From positions 1 through 51,133 of the forward strand of contig JAZQIH010000053.1 in the NCBI GenBank assembly GCA_045541015.1: a DNA stretch of 51,133 nt. Reading direction: 5' to 3'. Shown piece by piece: positions 44,742 to 51,133 of the stretch. How positions within the stretch are numbered: the stretch's first letter is position 1; the number at the start of each line of letters is the position of its first letter. Source of the stretch: Anaerovoracaceae bacterium (GTDB lineage: Bacteria; Bacillota; Clostridia; Peptostreptococcales; Anaerovoracaceae). Below the pieces are notes generated by a model that did not search any database, was not told the DNA's origin, and saw nothing but the letters and a program-made list of their open reading frames with translations. Made by a program: the position numbers and the translations under genes.

Positions 44742-45277
44742 ACCGAGTTGAATCCTTCCTTAAAGGCCGCAGTGTTTCCTGCTTCGAATTTTGCTTTTCC
44801 TTTTTTTCTGAACATGTCGTTCATGCCGTCAATGCCTTCCTGCTCAGAAAAATCACCAAGAATAGCAGTTATGGCACCTATCATAACTATATTGGCGCCT
44901 TTAGGGTTGCCGACCTTGGCTGCCAAAGTATTGCAGGGCACTTCTATTATTTTTATATCCTTTCTGACATCTTCCGGAACACTTACAAGATCTTTGTTGA
45001 CCAACGCAGTGCCGCCTGCACGCACGAGGCCTATAAATTTCTTAAAGGAAGGTTCATTCATTGCGAGGAGCAGGTCTGGAGTCTCTTGCCCAGGGTTATA
45101 AATAGTTTCTTCGCCATAATGGATCGTGCAGTTTGCAGTGCCACCGCGCATAGCTGCCCCATAAGACGGCAGCCAGGTTGCCTTATAGCCTTTGTAGAGC
45201 GCAATCTGAGAAACTATAAGTCCGGCAGTAAGAACGCCTTGCCCTCCAAAACCTGCAAAAAGGATTTCTCTCATCAT
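44738..45277 (-). CDS. 2-oxoacid:ferredoxin oxidoreductase gamma subunit
   Basis: EILFAGFGGQGVLTAGLI is the characteristic N-terminus. Confidence 0.85.
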   Translation of the reverse strand: MMREILFAGFGGQGVLTAGLIVSQIALYKGYKATWLPSYGAAMRGGTANCTIHYGEETIYNPGQETPDLLLAMNEPSFKKFIGLVRAGGTALVNKDLVSVPEDVRKDIKIIEVPCNTLAAKVGNPKGANIVMIGAITAILGDFSEQEGIDGMNDMFRKKGKAKFEAGNTAAFKEGFNSV

Positions 45278-46017
45278 CTGTTACCTCTCTTCTTGAATTC
45301 GCCAAGCTGATAATAGGGTATAACTTCACTAACAAGATGGTCTGTTGCGTTGGAGGGACTCATTCCCCAGTTGGTAGGGCAGGGGCTCATCACTTCAACT
45401 AGGGAGAATCCTTCTCCATTCAGCTGTGCTTCAAAGGCGTTCCTTATATAGCCTTTCAGTTTTCTGATCTCCGCAGGTGTGGTGACAGCACCTCTGGCGA
45501 CATAAGCCGGATCAAATCCGAACGCAACCATTTCAGGGATCTTTATTGGTTCTCCTGTAAGCGATGTATCTCTTCCTTTTGGTGATGTTGTAGTTATCTG
45601 TCCGGGCATGGTGGTCCAGCTCATCTGTCCGCCAGTCATGCCGAAGTTGTTGTTGTTTACAACAAACAGACAGAAGTTTTCATTGCGGTATGCTGCGTTC
45701 AATGTCTCAGACAGGCCAATGCTGTAGGCGTCTCCGTCGCCCTGATAGCTAAACACGAAAAGGTCCTTTTCCGCGCGTCTGACGCCTGTTGCTACTGCGC
45801 TTGCTCTTCCGTGAGGCGCCTGGATAAGATCTGTGTTTATGGCGGTTTTTAGATGGCAGCTGCAGCCCACCCCTGCAACGCCAATGACTTTTTTATCCAG
45901 TTTCATTTCTTCAAGAAGCTCACATATGATCCTGACAAGCACGCCGTGTCCGCATCCTCCGCAGAACATTGCTTTGTTGTATAGTTTCGGAGCATGTTGT
46001 TCTTTAGCCATTGTCAA
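45274..46017 (-). CDS. 2-oxoacid:ferredoxin oxidoreductase beta (TPP-binding) subunit
   Basis: FCGGCGHG, then GDGDAYSIG and NNNNFGMTGGQ TPP-binding motifs. Confidence 0.85.
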   Translation of the reverse strand: MTMAKEQHAPKLYNKAMFCGGCGHGVLVRIICELLEEMKLDKKVIGVAGVGCSCHLKTAINTDLIQAPHGRASAVATGVRRAEKDLFVFSYQGDGDAYSIGLSETLNAAYRNENFCLFVVNNNNFGMTGGQMSWTTMPGQITTTSPKGRDTSLTGEPIKIPEMVAFGFDPAYVARGAVTTPAEIRKLKGYIRNAFEAQLNGEGFSLVEVMSPCPTNWGMSPSNATDHLVSEVIPYYQLGEFKKRGNR

Positions 46018-47075
46018 AATACCTCCTTGATAGATCCTTTTCTGATCTTTTCAAAATCAGACAGTACAGCGGAGTTCTTTGGTATCCCGCAGTGATAAGG
46101 CAGGGTATATACTGGGGTGCTGCCCATGCCATATTTTTTAGCATAGATAGCTACGTCTTCCACCATCTGGCCCTCACTATTAGTCTCTACTGTTATGAGT
46201 CCTTTTATTTCATCCTTATTCAGTTCCATAAATGCTTTTTCCGGGAAGGGCCATGCTGTTATAGGTCGGATCAGCCCCACCTTTTGTCCCTGGCTGCGGA
46301 GCTGTTTGACGATCCCTTTCATTACTCTTCCGCACATGCCGAATGCTATGAATATATATTCTGCGTCTTCAGTGCACACGCTTTCCCAGCGCTGTTCGTT
46401 TTCCCTCATCAGCTTGACTTTGCTGATATATTCTATGGATTCTCCGGGAATATTTCTGTTGAGAAAATCTGACCTTTTAACTTTGTAGGTGCCGTCGAGC
46501 CCCCATTCCTGTTTGGTGATTTCGCGGAACTCAGGATATACGCAAGGTTCCATCATTTGGCCCAGGCTGCTGTCTGTCATGATCTCTACTATGCAGCGAT
46601 ACTTTTCCGCAATATCAAAAGCCTCGTACATCAGATCTACGCCTTCCTGTACGGATTCAGGGCATAAGACAATGTTTCTATAATCACCGTTTCCGCCTCC
46701 GCGGGTATCGCGAAGGTAGTCGGTCTGTGAGGCGTCAAGGGCCCCAAGTCCGTTACCCCACCTGACGACGTTGAGGATAACAGCAGCATATCCATACTGA
46801 TTGATATACGATATTCCCTCCTGCTTCAGCGATATTCCCGGCCCGGACGATGCAGTCAGGACTCTTCTGCCGCAGCCTGCTACCCCCATTACCATATTGA
46901 TGGCTGACAGTTCGCTTTCAGACTGTATAAATGTCCTTCCAAGCTGAGGCAAGCGATCTGAAAGGTATTCCATCACTTCTGTTGATGGGGTTATAGGATA
47001 GCCGGCGTATACTTCTATACCGGCACGTACGGCAGCCTCGGCGATAGCGATGTTGCCTTTTACCATGTCATTCAT
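46014..47075 (-). CDS. 2-oxoacid:ferredoxin oxidoreductase alpha subunit
   Basis: MVKGNIAIAEAAVRAGIEVYAGYPITPSTE is the typical alpha-subunit N-terminus. Confidence 0.85.
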   Translation of the reverse strand: MNDMVKGNIAIAEAAVRAGIEVYAGYPITPSTEVMEYLSDRLPQLGRTFIQSESELSAINMVMGVAGCGRRVLTASSGPGISLKQEGISYINQYGYAAVILNVVRWGNGLGALDASQTDYLRDTRGGGNGDYRNIVLCPESVQEGVDLMYEAFDIAEKYRCIVEIMTDSSLGQMMEPCVYPEFREITKQEWGLDGTYKVKRSDFLNRNIPGESIEYISKVKLMRENEQRWESVCTEDAEYIFIAFGMCGRVMKGIVKQLRSQGQKVGLIRPITAWPFPEKAFMELNKDEIKGLITVETNSEGQMVEDVAIYAKKYGMGSTPVYTLPYHCGIPKNSAVLSDFEKIRKGSIKEVF

Positions 47076-47089
47076 ATCTTGCTCCTTAT

Positions 47090-47284
47090 CTATACTATGC
47101 TGAAAACGGCATCAGGACATACTGTGTAGCATATCCCGCAGCCTATGCATTTTTCTTCAACGACCTTGATCGTTCTGTATCCGCCCTCATTGAGGATATC
47201 ACTCAATTCAAGCGCACCCTTGGGACAGTATTTCATGCACAACCCGCATTCTTTGCATCTGGAGATATCAGTTTCAGCTTTCAT
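47090..47284 (-). CDS. 4Fe-4S ferredoxin-type delta subunit
   Basis: CKECGLCMKYCP and CIGCGICYTVCP. Confidence 0.8.
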   Translation of the reverse strand: MKAETDISRCKECGLCMKYCPKGALELSDILNEGGYRTIKVVEEKCIGCGICYTVCPDAVFSIV

Positions 47285-47305
47285 TGTTGCTCCTTTCGAA
47301 CAGTT

Positions 47306-48205
47306 TTATTTACAGGCAAGTATGGCTAGTGCTATTGTATTAAGTTTACTGCTTACAGAAGCAGATCTGGATGTCATGACCGCTGGTTTTAACGCTCCTG
47401 CCAGTAATACAGCAGACTGACCGTGCGCAAAATAGCCGATAGCTTTACCAAGGCAATTTCCCGTCTCTATATTAGGAACAAGAAAAAGATCTACATCCCC
47501 GCTTATCTGGCTCTGAATGCCTTTTGTTTTTGCGGCTTCCGGTCTCATTGCGACATCAAAAGCTATAGGACCTTCATATATAGCCTCAGGAAGCAAGCCT
47601 TCGTCTGCCATTCGGCATATTGCTGCCGCGTCAACTGAAGATTGCATGTCTGATGATACCTTTTCGTTTGCGGATAATAACGCGACTTTGGGCTTTTTAA
47701 TGCCAAAATTGTTCAGTATCTGCAACGCATTTTTAAGGATGTCCACCTTTGTCTCAAGATCTGGAGCAATATTCATCCCTCCGTCTGTTATGAAGAAGAG
47801 CTTTTTTTCGCCCGGAACATCGTAGCAGGAGAGTGCAGAAAGCCTTTTTCCGGAGCGTATTCCGACATTCTTGTTTAAGACTGCTTTTAGAAAATCGCTC
47901 GTGTTGATCTTTCCTTTGACAAAAATGTCTGCTTCGCCGCTGCTTACAAAGCTGACAGCTATAAGTGCTTGTTTTGACGGGTCTTTTTCATCAACAATTC
48001 TTGCTTCTGAAATATCAGCACCGCATTCAGATGCCAATGCTCGGATCTTTTGCTCGTCGTCTACCAATATTACATTGCACAGATCATTATGTTTGATAGC
48101 ATCTGCCAATAAAAGGATGTGTTCTTCTGCAGCAGCTGCAATTGATATGGTCTTTTTAGGGCAACATTTTGCTGCCGCAAACATTTCCTCGAAATTCTTA
48201 TACAT
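47306..48205 (-). CDS. ptb: phosphate butyryltransferase
   Basis: About 300 aa of the phosphate acetyl/butyryl transferase family, directly downstream of buk with overlapping coding regions. Confidence 0.8.
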   Translation of the reverse strand: MYKNFEEMFAAAKCCPKKTISIAAAAEEHILLLADAIKHNDLCNVILVDDEQKIRALASECGADISEARIVDEKDPSKQALIAVSFVSSGEADIFVKGKINTSDFLKAVLNKNVGIRSGKRLSALSCYDVPGEKKLFFITDGGMNIAPDLETKVDILKNALQILNNFGIKKPKVALLSANEKVSSDMQSSVDAAAICRMADEGLLPEAIYEGPIAFDVAMRPEAAKTKGIQSQISGDVDLFLVPNIETGNCLGKAIGYFAHGQSAVLLAGALKPAVMTSRSASVSSKLNTIALAILACK

Positions 48206-49274
48206 CGGAAAACTCGCTTTCGTATTTCATCGGCTGTAGGTTTCCACTTTTTATATCAAGCGCATACTGCGCAAGGGCTTCCATTTCGCCTTCGCCTGGA
48301 TAGATCATGATATCTGCGAGTTTTTCTGTGTACGCAGTTATCATATCCGTAAAATACTTTGATCTTGCCATTCCGCCTGTAAGCACTATGGCGTCGGCTT
48401 TGCCACCAAGTGGTATAAGCATTGAGGCAATCTCCTTTGACACCTGATAAGCCATTGCCTTGGTAACAGCTATAGCTAGTTCGTCGCCCGCTGCGCACCG
48501 GTTTTCTACTTCCCTGAAATCTCTAGTGCCGAGATAGGCTACCACTCCGCCATTGCCGTTTATCTTGGAAAACATTTCTTTGGCACTGTATTTGTTGCTG
48601 TAGCAAAGCTTTGCGAGCTCAAAGGAGTTTAGACCGCCGGTGCGGTCTATGCAAAATGGGCCTTCGCCTCTGGCTGCATTTGTGTCTGTCATCAATCCAT
48701 TCAGATGAGCGGTCACGGAAATTCCGCCGCCCAGATGAACAACGATCAGTTTTGCTTTGTTATAGTTCAACCCCAGTTCAGCCGAGGCTTTTCGCGCGGT
48801 GTACTTTTGGTTAAGTGTGTGGGATCTGCCTGATCTGGTGATCTCCGGCATGCCCGAAAGCCTTGCAACATCAGCCAGCTCATCTGCAGTGATCGCGTCT
48901 GCGGCATAAGCAGGTTTGCCGTATTTTGACGCAAGTTCGCAAGCTATTATCGCCCCGAGGTTGGATGCGTGTTCATTATACCTTGCGTCCTTAAGGTCTC
49001 TGAGCATATCCGCATTTACTTCATAGACCCCGGCCTTTCCGGGACGTATCAGCCCGGCGATGGCAATATAGATATCAATTTGGGCAGAATCTATGCCTTC
49101 CTGATCTAATAGATCCAATACCAGGGAAGTTCTGTATGCTTGCTGGGAAACTATTGTATCGAAGGGTTTGAGCTCTTCGTTGGAATGACGTATCGTTCTC
49201 GAAAACAGAAGGTGCGCATCATCGAATAACGCTATTTTTGTTGAAGTTGAACCAGGGTTTATCGCTAAGATCAT
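48198..49274 (-). CDS. buk: butyrate (branched-chain fatty acid) kinase
   Basis: MILAINPGSTSTKIALFDD plus VVHLGGGISV are acetate/butyrate kinase ASKHA motifs. Confidence 0.9.
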   Translation of the reverse strand: MILAINPGSTSTKIALFDDAHLLFSRTIRHSNEELKPFDTIVSQQAYRTSLVLDLLDQEGIDSAQIDIYIAIAGLIRPGKAGVYEVNADMLRDLKDARYNEHASNLGAIIACELASKYGKPAYAADAITADELADVARLSGMPEITRSGRSHTLNQKYTARKASAELGLNYNKAKLIVVHLGGGISVTAHLNGLMTDTNAARGEGPFCIDRTGGLNSFELAKLCYSNKYSAKEMFSKINGNGGVVAYLGTRDFREVENRCAAGDELAIAVTKAMAYQVSKEIASMLIPLGGKADAIVLTGGMARSKYFTDMITAYTEKLADIMIYPGEGEMEALAQYALDIKSGNLQPMKYESEFSDV

Positions 49275-49429
49275 ATAGCTGCGCCTCCACGATATAGTAA
49301 AATTATAATCTGTTAGAATAATCTTACACTAATATAATATAGAAATCAAGATGCATTTATAAAATTATTATATATTGATTGAGTTTATTATAAAATTGTG
49401 GTAATATTCACTTGGTTTGGAGGTATAGA

Positions 49430-50083
49430 ATGAATAATAATGAGTTGCTTGATTACCTTAAGGTAACAATGGAAGGTTTATCTGTGATCCTGGGAGATAA
49501 AGTTGAGCTGGCAGTGCACGATTTATATAACCACGAGCTTAAATATATTTGCCATGGAGAGATAACCGGAAGAGATGTCGGCTATAAGATGCCTATGTCT
49601 GTATATGAATCGATTTTCAGTTTGGCAGAAGAGACCGGCAGTGATTATCTTGCAGGCTATGCGTCACATGTTCCTTCCGGAAAAGAGATCAGGGCTTCTC
49701 ATATCATATACAGGGATGAGCAGGGCAAGCCATGCGCAATGATGTGTATAAACCAGGATCTCAGTACATATCTGGAGCTTAAGAGTATAATCGATAACAT
49801 AGTTAAGATTAATAAACCTATAAGTGAGAATATTAATGTTGAACCCGAGGATGAAAACTATATTCAGAAGGTCTCACAGCAAGTCATTCTGGATGTAATA
49901 GAAAAGCTCAAACCATCTAATCTCGATTCGAAAGAGTCGAGGCTGGAGGTAATAAAGAACTTAGATGCAAAAGGCATCTTTACTGTTAAAAACGCAGTTC
50001 CTGTTGTTTGCAAGACAGTGGGTATCTCACAGGCCACATTGTATAATTACTTAAGAGAGATCAGAAGTGGCGAACACTTTTAG
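49430..50083 (+). CDS. YheO-like PAS domain + HTH transcriptional regulator
   Basis: GDKVELAVHDL... is the N-terminal YheO-like PAS pattern. The C-terminal HTH is VPVVCKTVGISQATLYNYLREI. ggaggt RBS is present. Confidence 0.6.
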   Translation: MNNNELLDYLKVTMEGLSVILGDKVELAVHDLYNHELKYICHGEITGRDVGYKMPMSVYESIFSLAEETGSDYLAGYASHVPSGKEIRASHIIYRDEQGKPCAMMCINQDLSTYLELKSIIDNIVKINKPISENINVEPEDENYIQKVSQQVILDVIEKLKPSNLDSKESRLEVIKNLDAKGIFTVKNAVPVVCKTVGISQATLYNYLREIRSGEHF

Positions 50084-50102
50084 ACAAACCAGTTTGCAGA
50101 AG

Positions 50103-50137
50103 AAAAGCGGAACAGCATTCGGCTGTTCCGCTTTTTT
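50103..50137. terminator. bidirectional Rho-independent terminator
   Basis: aaaagcggaacagc-attcg-gctgttccgctttttt between convergent genes. Confidence 0.8.
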
Positions 50138-50168
50138 GGTATTTCAGCTAAGTATTTAGATTTCTGCT

Positions 50169-51131
50169 CTAGAACAGATTGCCTTTATCATCAAAAGGAA
50201 GCGGTTTGGGATCTGAGAGCACTCGTATAGCCGGATCGTTTCGGGCTTCTTCAATAAGCGCGGGAGAAATGAATATATTTTTCAGACTGATCGTGTTTTT
50301 TATTCGCACTATCCTTAAATTATCCATATCGGAATCTTTGAGTGTTTTGATACAGGCTTGGATAGCGAGCTTGTCGGTATCGAAATACGGTGAGATCCTT
50401 GCGTGTTCAATTTGCTTGTTCGTAAGTATGTTGCAATAGGTAGCGTTGCGGTCGAACTTGTCTACGAATCTTTTTGTCAGAAAATCCATAACGCCCCCGC
50501 CCATGGCGGTGCCATGGCTTTCGTCTGTTAAATCAAGTGCTACTATACGCTGCGCGCGGCGGCCTTCGTTGTTGGCGGGGTGCCCGTAAAAGAACTGGTG
50601 GATAACATGCGGGTCAAATCCCGGGCCTCCTATGTTTTTCCCAAGTTCATCGATGATCAGAACGTCCAGGTGTTCGAATAAGATCTTAGGACTCAACTCC
50701 TTAGCCTTTTTTAGCAGCAGGGGCTCCTCGGACAGTATCTCATGAGGCAACAATGCTCTGAAAGCGTAAGACTGGTGATATGCGTTTTCGACAAGTCCTA
50801 CACCAAACAATATCTTTGCGGTCGCCAGGATCTTTTTCCCAAAGACCTGAACTTCCGGACCAACTTTAGCAAGTCCGCCGGCATGGATTATAGACGCCCC
50901 GTACTGTTTCCCAAGGCCTACTGCGCACATTTTGATCAGGCCGCTTTCGTGCGGCGCGACAAATGATGTGTGAGCTTTGATCCTGTTGACAATGATTATA
51001 CCGTCTGCTTCAGATGCGTGCTTGTCTATGTAAACAGGTCTGCCGTCTTCCAGATCAGTAATATGTACCACATCCATTGATGAGCGGATGGGGCACCCCA
51101 TACTTGCTTCTGTAATGCCTATGGCTGCCAA
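50169..51131 (-). CDS. lactate racemase (LarA) N-terminal-domain-like protein, 5' end outside the window
   Basis: IIVNRIKAHTSF...ESGLIKMCAVGLGKQYGA resembles the DUF2088/LarA_N family as recalled. The ORF is open to the window edge. Confidence 0.45.
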   Translation of the reverse strand: MAAIGITEASMGCPIRSSMDVVHITDLEDGRPVYIDKHASEADGIIIVNRIKAHTSFVAPHESGLIKMCAVGLGKQYGASIIHAGGLAKVGPEVQVFGKKILATAKILFGVGLVENAYHQSYAFRALLPHEILSEEPLLLKKAKELSPKILFEHLDVLIIDELGKNIGGPGFDPHVIHQFFYGHPANNEGRRAQRIVALDLTDESHGTAMGGGVMDFLTKRFVDKFDRNATYCNILTNKQIEHARISPYFDTDKLAIQACIKTLKDSDMDNLRIVRIKNTISLKNIFISPALIEEARNDPAIRVLSDPKPLPFDDKGNLF

Positions 51132-51133
51132 TA

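Noticed and set aside
44738-49274. buk-ptb-OFOR(delta, alpha, beta, gamma)-MFS operon as something unusual
   Set aside because: The gene set is the ordinary 2-oxoacid to acyl-CoA to acyl-phosphate to short/branched-chain fatty acid route of anaerobic Firmicutes. Only substrate specificity and the attached OFA-type MFS transporter are unresolved.
1-51133. CRISPR arrays, rRNA genes, IS elements with terminal inverted repeats and transposase
   Set aside because: I saw no regularly spaced short direct repeats with unique spacers, no rRNA-like conserved stretches and no transposase-like ORF. The only recombinase recognised is the tyrosine integrase at 32131-33429.

Overview
The gene content (buk/ptb, 2-oxoacid:ferredoxin oxidoreductase, TnpV, KTR protein, PadR) suggests a 51 kb chromosomal segment from an anaerobic Firmicutes/Clostridia-type genome; this is inference. 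Positions 1-20 kb are GC-richer and look like housekeeping or metabolic core: patatin, ACT/MBL hydrolase, NhaC antiporter, ADP-ribosylglycohydrolase, class II FBP aldolase, acyl-CoA ligase and an AIM24-like gene. This part also holds a LysR-linked divergent cluster with a bacterial chalcone-isomerase-like gene, a flavodoxin-fold reductase and an LVIVD beta-propeller, a candidate flavonoid/polyphenol catabolic locus. From about 20.1 kb composition drops and the content becomes accessory. It includes membrane-anchored hypotheticals, a Fic/Doc protein with a degenerate active-site motif behind a four-half-site operator, and a Crp/Fnr regulator with a perfect CRP/FNR-type palindrome in front of a Zn-ribbon/4Fe-4S/AhpD-like operon. 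A roughly 7.3-7.5 kb integrative mobilizable element follows (TnpV, PadR, SEDS-like membrane protein, lipoprotein, KTR protein, MobQ-like relaxase with oriT hairpins, Xis, XRE, tyrosine integrase). After GH43 and MmcQ genes comes a LysR/amidohydrolase/anion-permease/CitD-E-F-like module bracketed by ~60 bp direct repeats; its CitD-like protein appears to lack the prosthetic-group serine. The window ends with a low-GC two-ORF islet split at an A8 tract and a buk-ptb-OFOR-MFS operon with a YheO-like regulator. I saw no rRNA, convincing tRNA or CRISPR array. All family calls come from motif recognition by eye and memory, not from searches.
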